Assembly (NCBI GenBank): GCA_951406725.2
Contig: OX597839.1
Location: 17,856,001 to 17,920,000, forward strand
From: Octopus vulgaris
Lineage: Eukaryota
Direction: 5' to 3'
Length of the DNA: 64,000 nt
In this document: piece after piece, positions 26,623 to 39,030 of the stretch
Position numbering within the stretch: the stretch's first letter is position 1
Layout of the letters: the number at the start of each line of letters is the position of its first letter
The notes under the pieces: model-generated
Seen by the model: only the letters and a program-made list of their open reading frames with translations
Database searches by the model: none
What the model was told of the DNA's origin: nothing
Made by a program: the position numbers and the translations under genes

Positions 26623-27267
26623 ATAAAGTATATATATTTATATACATATACCTATCATTTGTTTCAGTCATAGGACTACAGCCATGCTAGGGCACTGCTT
26701 TCATGGGTCTTAGTTGAACAACTTGAATCCAGTACTTAATTTTTTCATAGCCTGGTACTTATTCTCTTGGTTTCGTATTTTAAACCACTAAGTTATAGGG
26801 ATATAAACAAACCAACACCTTTTGTCAAGTGGTGTAGGGGAGAGGACAAACAGACACAAAGATGCACCACACAAATATAAATGTGTGTGTGTGCTTATAT
26901 GTGTGTGTATTGTGTGTATGTGTATTTATATATATACACACACTTGATGGGCTTCATGCAGTTTCCTTCTACCAAATTCACTCACATATCATTGGTCATC
27001 CCAGAGCTATATTAGGATACATTTGCTCATGGTACTGTACAGTGGGACTGAACCAAAATCCACCTGGTTGCAAAGTGAACTTCTTAACCACACAGCCATG
27101 CCTGTGCCTATATATTTATACATATATATTTTTTTTCTTTTATGAATTACAAGTTGCTTGTTCAACATTATGTCTTTTTACTTTGATCACCCTAACAAAG
27201 TAAACCTGAAACATGATATTAGTTAGAATTCAATGCAGCATCCCAGTCTTCCTTGTTGTTTTTACAG

Positions 27268-27459
27268 GTCTTGTTGAAAACATCCGTCTAGCTGATATGA
27301 ATAACTGGTCTTTAAGTCCTGAGCAGTTTGCTGACTTAGCATCTTCTTTGAATAGCTTCTTCAGTCAAACTGGGCTGTCGTCTCCTTGTCTAAGTGAAGT
27401 AGGCTCCCAACCAATGACGTCCATCCAATATGACGACAGCCACCAGAATCCAGGTCCAG
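27268..27459 (+). CDS. Candidate internal coding exon (192 nt, phase 1-1) of an unidentified host gene
   Basis: Polypyrimidine tract and tttacag acceptor; CAG|gtaagg donor. The open frame reads [63 protein letters not shown]. The sequence is non-repetitive and more GC-rich than its flanks. Confidence 0.55.
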
Positions 27460-28279
27460 GTAAGGCTGGATCTGTTATTAACATTGTTTCTCCATCTTTT
27501 GAGGCTGGTTAAGATGGGAATTGATTCAAATGTTTTCATCATATACTATACAAATATTCTATGCACAAACTAACTACTAGCTACTAATTAATTAACAAAA
27601 TCACCAAAATTATTAATCTAAAATTGTTCACTAACACTGCACCTACTCACACTAATACCCTATTTTCTTTCTTTCAGTTTTGTCCATTATTTTTTTTTAT
27701 TTTTAATAACACACTTTATTCTTTCTCTACTTAGAAATTAATATTTAAGTATAAGCTTCAAAACTAAGGTGACCTCTCCCACTAAAATACATTGAGTAAG
27801 GATTCTATTATAGTAGAAATGTTGGATCAGATCTCATCAGAGCCTTCTTAATGGTGTTATAGACCTCTGGGCAAATCAATAGTATTTATTTACTGACAGC
27901 AAGCCACAGCATACATAAGTCCAGAATTGGGTCCCTAGGCCAGTGAGGCTCTTGGTCAACTGCCCAATGTGCTTATGCCATAAGACCACATTGGGTCTCT
28001 TGGAATCAAGTCTTCATTCTGGAGCACTCAGGAAATCTAAACTAGATAATGTAGACAGAATCCTTCCTTTGACTACTAAAGTAAGAAAAAAAATTTTGCC
28101 TTAAATTCCAAATGTTCTTTTGGAAAATTCAAAACATTTTGAAAACAAAATCTTTATCAGCAAGCTTGAACTCATTTCATATTAATATCAATGACTTTCT
28201 CCCCTTCTTGAAATTAGAATTGCGTAGACACACTTCAACTACTTCCTTCAACTATTGATTATTTTATCCTTCCATTTCC

Positions 28280-28357
<78 letters not shown>

Positions 28358-29206
28358 GTATTGTCCATCATTTGAATTTTCAGCAGTGAAGAATTTTCAA
28401 CAGCAAAGGAAGAGATGCAGATTTCAAAACATCTTTATTATTATTTTCTTTTTTCCGCTCTCACTCCTAAATGTGATTTTATATTTGTTTATTTGTTTGC
28501 TGTTTTTTTGTTTTTTCTTCTTCTAACAAACTTAAACTTTTCTACTTTTAATGATTTATAATTGCCACATAATGAAATTATAAACTTCAGATGTATCCTT
28601 GTAGTCATTGCATTCAAAATTCAAGTCATTTTAAAAACTTTTTCTAAACTTAAAGTGGTAAATATTAATGCATATGTGTATGTGTGTGCGTGTGTGTGTG
28701 TGTGTGCATGTGTGTGTGTATTTGTTATACAGTACTGTAGAAAATATATGTATCAAACCAGTAATTTATATATTATTCAGTATATATATATATTATATGT
28801 ATAGAAAATCCAAGAATGGAAGTTATGGTATTACAGTAATGGATTTACTGTATTATAATCCATGACAAAGAGATCATCCCTGCTGGAATTTCAGTTTGTA
28901 TGTACAGTTTCCTATATGGAATATTGTCCACTTCTATACACTTTGTTAGTCGGTATTATGACATACATAAATACATATATACATCACACCACATCGCATT
29001 CATTCATCCATGTATGCATGCATGAGACTGAGGGAACACTTATTGACTCTATAAATCCCCTCTAATCTTATATATATAAATGTGTGTACATAAATATACA
29101 TGTATGTGTATTGGAAGTGGTATACAGTTGACCAAAGAGGCCAACAAAATGTCCTATTTATCTCATATACTACAAAAATATCTTACGTTCTATATATTTA
29201 TAATAC

Positions 29207-30254
29207 TGTTACGGGGGGACCTCCGTCGAACGAAAGCTGTTACGGAATCCCTCCCACAGGCCCGTTCGATTAGCGAATGTTCGCCATGGAGACTCAGAGA
29301 GGAGAGAGAGACAACAACAACAGCAGCAGGAAGAAGAGACACAGAGATACAGCGGAAGGCAATTGGCTACGTTTAACAACTAGTTTATATGACTATTACA
29401 ACATCAAGTACATTTAAAGATAACACATGCAAGAAACAGGTATACAACTGGTAAATACAAGCAAGTAACAGAATCAACACATCACAACATTTAAACTGTC
29501 CGGGTAACAACACATCAAATGCAATAACAACAGCATTTCAAGAGTACACGTCCGGAGACAACAGTTCTGTTTCAAAACACATTAAAGTTACAGTTCAAAG
29601 GACATTAAAGGCCTATACAGTTCAATATTCATTACACAGTTCTCTCTTCAACAACTCTGTACACAATGTCTTTACACAGTTCACATTGTTCTTTTCTACT
29701 GTCTCATTTCTTTTACAGTTCAATACATCGATTCTTTTTCCTTCTTTTTCTTCACATATCAATACACAATTCACGTACCTTAGTTCCTACTATAATAGCC
29801 AATGTCTCATACTGCACCCCATCTCTCTCAACACTGCTAAATCCAACTTGCTAACCGCTTGCCTTGAATTCCAAATCCTGACTCCTAAATCCAACCGCTC
29901 GCCTTGACTTCCAAATACCGACTGCCAAAACCTCTTGCTCTGTCACCACCCCCAATCTCTCTTAGCACTGCTAATACTCTCTCTATCGCCGCTTGGTCCT
30001 ATCTGCCTGTCTTCATCGACGCTGTCACTGTCACTCTCTCACGACAGGCTCCTCAGATTCCTTAATCTGTCTTTCTCAGCCCTTCCTTTTAAGGGGTGTT
30101 TAGAACAAACTTTCCTTGACCGGCAAAGGGTAGGGGTCCTTCCAAAAGCCATTACTCTTCCCAAAAAAAAGGACTATAACTTTTTATTCCAGACTTTGTC
30201 TCCAAGCCAGCAAAGTAGGTCACAATCAACTGTCCCTAAGTTGAACTCACAACA
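29207..30254 (-). mobile_element. Solo LTR, Gypsy-like, 1048 bp
   Basis: TGTT...AACA termini with a 4-bp TSD ATAC (29203-29206 and 30255-30258). Orientation is inferred from a TATA-like TTAAAAGG on the - strand near 30085. Confidence 0.8.
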
Positions 30255-30347
30255 ATACATTAGGAACTATTATCTTTTTTTATCACAAAATTAATGAAAA
30301 TACACCATATATAAATACCTATGAGTGTGAACACACGCACACATGTA

Positions 30348-30405
<58 letters not shown>

Positions 30406-31449
30406 AATGCATACACAGCTAATCACCTTCAACTACAGGTGAAATTGTGCAATGGATAGCAACTCTTCTTTTCCTCTCAGAAAAGGGTTTTTAAATTTTG
30501 TTTTTGTTGTTTTTTCACCACTAAGCTAATGAAGATTGTATATTCACTTTTTGCATAAAAGAGGTTGTATCTGTCCAGCCTACATGTCTGTTAGAGCCAT
30601 CTGTATTGCCAAGTGCGATAGTAAATGCGAAACCCATGTTAACTTTCTGATTGATTATATGCCATAACCAGGAATATACAACATGACAATATAAATGTGT
30701 GTGTGTGTGTGTGTATATGTACGTATGTTAGGTTGGAGAAGAAAGTTGCAGAATTTCAAGATGGGAAAGTAACAAATGCTTCTATGGGCTTAATTCATCT
30801 ATCAACAGAGATAATATTTCCTTTCATTATCATTTTCAAATTTTAGCAGAATGCCAGCAATTTCAGTGGGGGAAGGGAAATCAATTATGTTGACCCCAGC
30901 ATTCAACTGGTACTTATTTTATCTACCCTGAAAGCATGACAGGCAAAGTCAACCTTAGTGGAATTTGAACTCAAAATATAAGGATGGATGAACTACCACT
31001 AAGCATTTTGCTCAGCATGCTAATGATTCTGCTAGCTCACTGCCTTAATATTTTCCTCTCGTTATTGATAAGATAGACCAATTTACTTGGTCAAATGTTG
31101 ATCCCTTAGGCATAAAATTTTCCAGGTTATGAATAAAAGAAACACTGAGTATCATTATTTAAGCTCTTCACAATTAACTGTTTTCCCTCTAAATAATGCT
31201 GTATAGATCTGAAAAGATGACAGTCATGTGCAAGATATGAGAGTACAAACGATAAGGCAAAAGGTTCATATTTAGTGTCCTAATCTTTTCCTAAATGACC
31301 TGAGCAGTATGTGGTCTTGTACTATCATGTAGGATCAGCACCCCTTTATCAATGACCTATGATGGGTGCTTTTTCTGCAAATTTTTGTGTAATGCTTTCA
31401 GTTGACAACAATGCTTCTCCATATTAACTGCTTCATTTTGTTTTAAAAT

Positions 31450-31790
31450 AATAATAATGAAACTATTGTATACAGTGCTCAGGTGCACCACACCTTTTAA
31501 AAAGTGCGTATAAAGTATATGCAGTAATGTACAAATGTCTGGAAAGTGAACAGTGTATGAGTCAGATACATGCTTGCGTGTGTATGGAGGGGAGAAAATC
31601 AGGTGTAGTGTTGGTGAATCTCAGGAAGCATGGAAGTTTTGAAGGATGCAGTGCTCCAACAACTAACAACTGATGCCGGCAGTTTGTTCCATGCTTCAGC
31701 AACTCTTAGCATGAATAAATGTTTCCGAAAGTCATGGGAGCTGTGCTGTTTACTGACTTTGTAAATATGCCCACGGGTGTTAGACTTTAT
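31450..31790 (-). mobile_element. CR1-clade LINE 3' fragment (second copy at about 39515-39845)
   Basis: NTRGHIYKV...RVAEAWNKLPASVV...FK motif; near-identical to the 39.5 kb copy. Confidence 0.8.
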
Positions 31791-32407
31791 AGTATACGAC
31801 ACCTGTGATATCCCCCACTAAGCACAGATAGTAACATTTCTAGGGCATAGTCCTGGTTTGGGACTGGATTCTCCTTTTTCACTGGGTGCTAACCATTGTT
31901 GTTCTCATTCTATATGAATCTAGAAAACTTGCTTTTCATCATTTGTGATGATTCTGTATACCAAACGGTTCAGTAGCAAGTCTACTCTTTAATGACAAGC
32001 AAGGGGCAACTCTGAATTAAGCTGAGAAGCACTTATATGATGAGGGACACACTGGCTAAGTTTAGACCCTCTTCTCACTTCACGAAGGTGTTCTTTTGTA
32101 AATTTTCATGCAGTTTGCTAATGGATTTTCCTCAACTATTAGTTTCAAAAGCCCAATATTGACAGAACTTCATGGTCTAGGTCAAGGGAATCTGTGAAAG
32201 AAAAATTTCCCAAGTGAAACTATCCAAACCGTCATTCATAAGTCCAGACGCTTAAAGCTTCATTTCTATGGAGAGAATATCATTTCTCACCACTTCCATT
32301 GCTGAAGAGCTCCTTTTGAATTCATACAGCATACAGTGTCTGATATGGGTATGATCTAAGCTCATTTTCAACATGTAAAATTGATATGAATTTAACCACT
32401 CTGGTAG

Positions 32408-34250
32408 ATGAGATGAGATGAAGTTCGGTTTTGTGCCGGGTAGAAGCACCACTGATGCTATATTCCTGGTCCGACAACTGCAGGAGAAGTACCTAGCTAA
32501 AGATAAACCCCTCTACATAGCTTTTGTGGACTTGGAGAAAGCCTTTGACAGAATTCCCCGTTCCCTTATCTGGTGGTCGATGCGGAAACTGGAGATTGAT
32601 GAATGGCTAATAAGGGCTGTACAGGCTCTATACAGAGAGGCTGTCAGCAAGGTTAGGATTGGCAATGAGTGTAGTGAAGAATTCCGGGTAGAAGTAGCTG
32701 TGCACCAAGGCTCAGCCCTCAGTCCCCTTTTATTCATCATAGTCCTCCAGGCAATAACAGAGGAATTCAAAACAGGATGCCCCTGAGAGCTCCTCTATGC
32801 TGATGACCTGGCTCTCATAGCAGTTATAGTAAGCAGAAAGGCGAACTCAGCACCCCCCCCCTCGGGCAGGTGGCCCTGCTCGATGTGTAGGAAAGGTGTA
32901 GGTAGAAACTCCATAAGATGCACCCAATGTAAGCTATGCACGCACAAGAGGTGCAGCAACATTAAAGGGAAATTAACAGATAAGATAGCTTTCATGTGCG
33001 GCAGATGCACAGGGACAATAGACACCACAGACACTCAGAAAACAGATTCCATCACACTCCAGGGAGAGAAACTAGAAGTAGTTGATAGTTTCCGCTACCT
33101 GGGTGACCAAATTAGTAGTGGAGGTGGATGCACAGAGAGTATCACCACTAGAATACGAATAGCCTGGGCAAAGTTCATAAAGCTCCTACCCCTACTGGCG
33201 ACAAAGGGTCTCTCGCTCAGAGCGAAAGGTAGATTGTATGATGCATGTGTGCGAACTGCCATACTTCACGGTAGTGAAACATGGGCTGTGACTGCAGAGG
33301 ACATGCGTAGACTTGAAAGAAATGAAGCTAGCATGATCCGCTGGATGTGTAATGTCAGTGTGCACGCACGACAGAGTGTAAGCACCCTGAGAGAAATGCT
33401 GGATATAAGAAGCATCAGATGTGGTGTGCAAGAGCGACGCTTGCAATGGTATTGTCATGTGCTGCGGTTGGATGAGGAGAGATGTGTGAAGAAGTGCCAC
33501 TCCCAAACAGTTGAAGGTATCAGGGGGAGAGGTAGACCCAGGAAGACATGGGATGAGGTAGTCAAGCATGACCTCAGAGCATTGGGCCTCACTGAGGCAA
33601 TGGCGAAGGACCGAAATCTCTGGAGATATGCTGTGACTGCAAAGACCCGAGCTGCTTCCTGCATCAGTTCCGCATAGCCCCTGCCCATTCAAAGTACCCC
33701 GGTTCCCAGAACGTCCCGCTGTGCTTGAGGAGACCTGTTGAGTCAAGTACATGAACATGAACGTCGAAATAAATATCAATGGAAATAGTAGTTGTGATGC
33801 CTGTGCTGGTGGCACATAAAAAGCACTATCCGAACGTGGTCAATGCCAGCACCGCCCCGACTGGCTTCTGTGCCGGTGGCACATAAAAAGCACCATCCGA
33901 ACGTGGCCGATGCCAGCGCCGCTCCGACTGGCTCCTGTGCTGGTGGCACATAAAAAGACCATCCGAACGTTGCCAGCGCCGCCTTGGCTGGCTTCCGTGC
34001 CGCTGGCACATTAAAAGCTCCAACTGATCGTGGCCGATGCCGGACCCCCCCTGGCACCTGTGCAGGTGGCACGTAAAAAGTACCCACTACACTCGCGGAG
34101 TGGTTGGCGTTAGGAAGGGCATCCAGCTGTAGAAACTCTGCCAGATCAGACTGGAGCCTGGAGCAGCCCCTGGCTTCCCAGACCCCGGTCGAACCGTCCA
34201 ACCCATGCTAGCGCGGAAAACGGATGTTAAACGATGATGATGATGATGAT
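32408..34250 (+). mobile_element. 5'-truncated RTE-clade LINE (RT remnant, tandem-repeat 3'UTR, (GAT)n tail)
   Basis: Motifs FGFVPGRSTTDAIF, FVDLEKAFD, HQGSALSPLLF, LYADD, FRYLG, GSETW and RGRGRPRKTW. It has a stop at 32784-32786 and an internal deletion after YADD, so it is non-functional. Confidence 0.95.
33800..34085 (+). repeat. Tandem repeats of about 60 bp (about 5 copies) in the RTE 3'UTR
   Basis: Unit resembles GTGCCGGTGGCACATAAAAAGCACCATCCGAACGTGGCCGATGCCAGCGCCG. Confidence 0.85.
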
Positions 34251-34426
34251 GGTATGAAGTTATCTGCAAAGAAAGAAAAGAAAAAACTCATTAGAATGCA
34301 AAAATCAATGCTTATTTTACCATAAATATTGAAACAAAAGTACCCTCAAAGTAATCATGTTAAAACTGCAAAAGGAACAGGATTTCTTTCCAATCTAATA
34401 CATACACAAGTTACTTATTTTCTTAA

Positions 34427-34572
34427 CCCATTTTAACCCAGGTTAACCCTCACGAAATTTTGAAAATAGTTGTATAGGGATAACAAACATAAGGAAGTGT
34501 CCATTTAACCTTTACTGCAGTAAATAAACGAAATACAACTGTCCTCAAATGTGGACAGTGGGTTTATATGGG
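34427..34572. mobile_element. Small TTAA-flanked MITE
   Basis: TTAA|CCCATTTTAACCCA at the left end and TGGGTTTATATGGG|TTAA at the right end. Confidence 0.6.
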
Positions 34573-34704
34573 TTAACGAAGTGTTAGAGAAATAATAAAA
34601 CTTTTATGCAATGTATCACAAAAGACAATAAAAAGAATAGTACATACATATACACACATGTACATGTGTGTATATATATTTATACATGTGTGTGTAAATA
34701 TATA

Positions 34705-34739
<35 letters not shown>

Positions 34740-34869
34740 GTGCATACGTATGTATAGATCACAGTATCGACCAGACTGTCAGATATCTTTATACATCACT
34801 GGTCACAATGCACTTCACATTGTTTTAGCTGTCAAATGATGCTACCCCTCTGGCTGGACAAGCAGGCCA

Positions 34870-34907
<38 letters not shown>

Positions 34908-35109
34908 GTATAAGACATTCAAAATGCAATATAATGTTGTACAATGCATTGTATACTGTAAGATGTCTGTGTGTGGTCCTTTTTTTAATTGTCTCTAAGT
35001 ACATCATATTACAGTGTAAATTATATTACATTACAGTACTAGTTCAAGTAGTCTACTTTAAATAGCATAAACTATGGAATAAAACTGAAGACATAACTAA
35101 AAGCTTTGA

Positions 35110-35516
35110 TAGGCGCAGGAGTGGCTGTGTGGTAAGTAGCTTGCTTACCAACCACATGGTTCCAGGTTCAGTCCCACTGCATGGCATCTTGGGCAAGTGT
35201 CTTCTGCTATAGCCCCAGGCCGACCAATACCTTGTGAGTGGATTTGGTAGACGGAAACTGAAAGAAGCCTGTCGTATATATGTATATATGTATGTGTGTG
35301 TATATGTTTGCGTGTCTGTGTTTGTCCCCCTAGCATTGCTTGACAACCGATGCTGGTGTGTTTATGTCCCCGTCACTTAGCGGTTCGGCAAAAGAGTCCA
35401 ATAGAATAAGTACTGGGCTTACAAAGAATAAGTCCCAGGGTCGATTTGCTCGACTAAAGGTGGTGCTCCAGCATGGCTGCAGTCAAATGACTGAAACAAA
35501 TAAAAGAGTAAAGAGT
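35110..35516 (+). mobile_element. Full-length SINE family A
   Basis: Complete head GGCGCAGGAGTGGCTGTGTGG through the (AAAGAGT)n tail. Confidence 0.9.
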
Positions 35517-35589
35517 ATATCATAAAATAATGTTGTAGCAATCTATGAATTTATGAATTAAAATAGAAATAAGAACCTCTACAAAGCAT

Positions 35590-37712
35590 GGAACCTCCAC
35601 TGAATTTCACACATTTTCATTAATTTGCTAAGACCTGGAGAGAACTCCAAGGAACAACCTGTTTTGATTATATTATAACCACTCTCAGTGGGCCATAAAC
35701 CTCACTGTGGAACCTCCATGTATCTCTAGTTGTCCATGCATTCACTCCACCCACACCTCCTAGAAGGGTCATGGGTTAAGACCCAAGCACTCCATCATAG
35801 CCCCTACCAGAAACAACTATCATTACACATCCTGCTGAATTCTCAAGCATGACCAAATGAGACTATGGATATTATCCAATGGTCTTATTCTTGATTTACT
35901 CTTAGGTCTCCTGCTGATTGGCTCAGTTTGAAGAATCTGTCTTATAATCCTTTCCTATGACATTCTAATCACATATCTGTGGTACCAGAGTAATGACTTC
36001 TCGATGGGAAGAAGTAGTGGCTCAACCTGGAGAGGTTCCCTGATCTCCATGTTATGCACCCTGTCCTGTAATGTTGTTACTCCAGACACCCTCCAGAGGA
36101 ACCCTATTTCAGTGATGATGGGCATGGAAAACAAGTTAAAGATAGCAAGTTTTTTTTTTGGGGGGGGGGGCAACTTCTCCCCTTCTAAATATCAAATACT
36201 GGGGTTAGCACAAGTGGTGGTAAGAAAGTCTCAAAAGAGCTGAACAGCAGAAGGTCTTCAGAGAAGAATCCCTGCCACCATCTCAGGCAAGTGTTTCAGC
36301 CCTTAACTTCTTACACTCAAAGATAGCTGGGCTTTCTGCCAATACTTCTTAGCCCCTTGGATATCAGAGACTTGTGCATTTAAACAGCATGGATGTTTCA
36401 TCTAGTTGTAACTCCTCTCTGCTGACTCACCTACAATTCTAGCAGCATCCAATTTAGCTTCCAGCTGAATTTCCATGGATCTCACAAATTTTAATTATAC
36501 TGGCAAGACCAGAGGACAATACAAGAGTCAACATATTTTGATCACACAATGACCACCCTCAATGAACCATAAACCTCATGATGGAATTTCTACAAATTTT
36601 AGTTATTTTGGCAAGACTAGAGACAACTTCAAGAGACATGTTTTGATTAAACTATGACCACCCCTAATGAACCATAAACCTCACTATGGAATTTCCATGG
36701 GTCTCAGGAATCTTAATTATTTTGACAAGACCAAACATGAGACAACTCCAAAAGACAACATGTTTTGGTTATATTATGACCACTCTCTGTAAACCATAAA
36801 TCTCACTATGGAATTTCCATCCAATCCATCTGGTTTTTTTCTTTGTCCACTATTCCTGGGAGGGTCATAGAGGTAGAGTCTTTGGGCACCTCCTCCATAG
36901 GGTCTTATCAGAAGCAACTGTCATTATACATTCTGGTTAGATTCCCAAGCATGACCAGCTGAGATTATGGGTCAGCTTGAAGAATCCAGTTATTTCCTGT
37001 GACCTTCTAACCACATGTCCACAGTACTGGAGCTGTGAGTTCTCAATGCAGAGAAATAACCACTCAACCTAACCTAGCAAGACTCTTCAATCTCCAAGCG
37101 ATGTACCCTGTCAAGTAATATTTCACCAGAGATCCTCCAGCAAAACCCCATTTCAACTGCTTGTGTTTATTATCATACTCTTCCTCTTCCAGTCAGTACC
37201 TAACTTTCATGACTGTACGTGAAGATAAGCTAAATTGAAGATAACATGTTTGGCTTTTCTTATCAGCCTCTCTTCTTCTGAGGATGGAATGCTGGATCTG
37301 ATGCATTACTTTGTTATTGGCTGCAGTTTTAGTATCCAGTTGAGCTTCTTGCTGAATTTTTATGGACTTCAGGAATTTTAATTATTTTGGCAAGACCAGA
37401 AGACGACTCCAAGAGACATGTTTTGGTCATATTATGACCACCACCAGTGAACTATAAACCTTACTCTGGAATTTCCATGGATTTCCCGAATTTTAATTAT
37501 TTTGGGAAGACCAGAAGACAACTCCAAGGGACATGTTTTGGCCATATTATGACCACCGCCACCACCAACGAACCATAAACCTCACTATGGAATTTCCATG
37601 GATGTCATGGATTTTGATTATTTCAGCAAGACCAGGGGATAACTCCAAGAGACAGAGAGACAGCATATTATGATCGTACCATGACCATCTTCAATGAACC
37701 ATAAACCTCGCT
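35590..37712. repeat. Minisatellite of about 120 bp (about 7 units) alternating with two - strand RTE-like LINE 3' fragments
   Basis: Unit GGAATTTCCATGG...GGCAAGACCAG...ATGACCAC...AACCATAAACCTCAC. LINE pieces lie at about 35740-36465 and 36830-37350 (EIGFLWRVSGVTTLQDRVHNMEIRE). Confidence 0.8.
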
Positions 37713-38164
37713 ATTTTTACAAAATAACAAGAAGAGGTTACAATCACCAAGTAATTTATACAAGTTCACTGATTAGCATAGAAAACTCAGAATGTTTAGA
37801 GAATAAATTAGTTTTTCAATTGTTCACTCTAACTAACTTCACATGATTGTATAATTAAAATAACTAATCAAATAATTAGTACTGTAATGTAATATAATTT
37901 ACGCTGTAATATAATGTACTTAGTTAGAGATGATAAAAAAAAAAGACCACACACACATCTTACCATATACAATGCATTGTACGACATTATATTGCATTAT
38001 AATACTAATTATTTGATTTAGTTATTTTAACTAAAATTATACTTTCTAATGTTTCCTCCAAATTGACATGTTTACAGCATACTGACTTAATTAATGATGG
38101 AATCAATCAACATTGTTCACAGAATTCACAGACTTCAAATGTTGTTTAATACATCGTATTGTGT

Positions 38165-38678
38165 TATGTATGTATGTGTGTGTGTGTGTGTGTGTCTGTG
38201 TGTGTGTGTGTGAGAGAGAGAGAGTGAGAAGAGTGTATCTGTCTGTGAGTGTATGTATGTGTGTCTGTGAAAGTAAGGGTTTATATGAGTGCGTCTATAT
38301 ATGTGAAAGTGAGTATATGTCACTGTGTGCTAGAGTGTCTGTCTGTGAAAGTGTCTTTATGTGTGTGTGGGAGAGAGAGAGAGAGAGAGAGACAAACAGA
38401 CAGACACACAGAGTAAATGGCTATATGAGAGTGAGTATATGTAATTTCATATGATAGAATTTGTGTGTATGTGTTTGCGTGTGTGTGTGTGTGAGAGAGA
38501 GAAGAGAGTATCTGTCTGTGAGCATGTGTATGTGTGTCCATGAAAGTAAGTGTTTGTATGAGTTTGTATGTATATGTGAGAGTATGTGTCATTTTGTGTC
38601 TGATAAAGTATCTGTCTCTGAAGGAGCCTCTATGTGTGTGTGTGTGTGTGTGTGTGGTCTGTGTCTCTGTGTGTGTGT

Positions 38679-38713
<35 letters not shown>

Positions 38714-38904
38714 CAAAACAGGTAGACAGACAGACTGTAAAAGGCTATGTGTGTCTGTATATGTGAGTATATATCATTGTATGTGATAGAGAGTATCTAT
38801 CTAGGAGTGAGTGTGTGTGTGTGTGTGTGTGAAGGAGAGAGAGGATGTCTGTGTGTACATGAAGGAGAGAGATGTCTGTGTGTGTGAAGGAGAGAGAGGA
38901 TACC

Positions 38905-38942
<38 letters not shown>

Positions 38943-39030
38943 TGTGAAGGAGAGATAAAGGATGTCTTTGTGTATGCGTGTGTGTGTGTGTGTGTGCAGG
39001 AGAGAGAGACATGTGATAGAGGGAGAGGCT
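38165..39030. repeat. TG/AG-rich compound repeat with a tandem duplication of about 280 bp
   Basis: The block gagaagagt(g)tatctgtctgtgag...tgaaagtaag occurs near 38225 and 38500; gtgtgaaggagagag is repeated across 38828-39010. Confidence 0.75.

Larger units (their letters stand above)
30728..34398 (-). mobile_element. Decayed mariner DNA transposon with nested SINE, CR1 and RTE insertions
   Basis: TIR-like ends TTAGGTTGGAGAAGAAA and TTTCTTTCCAATCTAA|TA. Transposase remnants include HIRHCMLYEF (near 32330) and HRIITNDEK (near 31945). Confidence 0.75.
34923..37998. repeat. Long-range inverted repeat pair (34923-35041 / 37877-37998)
   Basis: Arms of about 120 bp are reverse complements (aatgcaatataatgttgtacaatgcattgtata...ttacattacagtacta), roughly 85% identical by eye. 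Confidence 0.85.

Noticed and set aside
33192-33815. 207-aa minus-strand ORF
   Set aside because: It is the antisense shadow of the RTE RT frame.
33800-34085. CRISPR-like regularly spaced repeats
   Set aside because: The spacers resemble each other, the array is in a eukaryotic LINE 3'UTR, and there are no cas genes.
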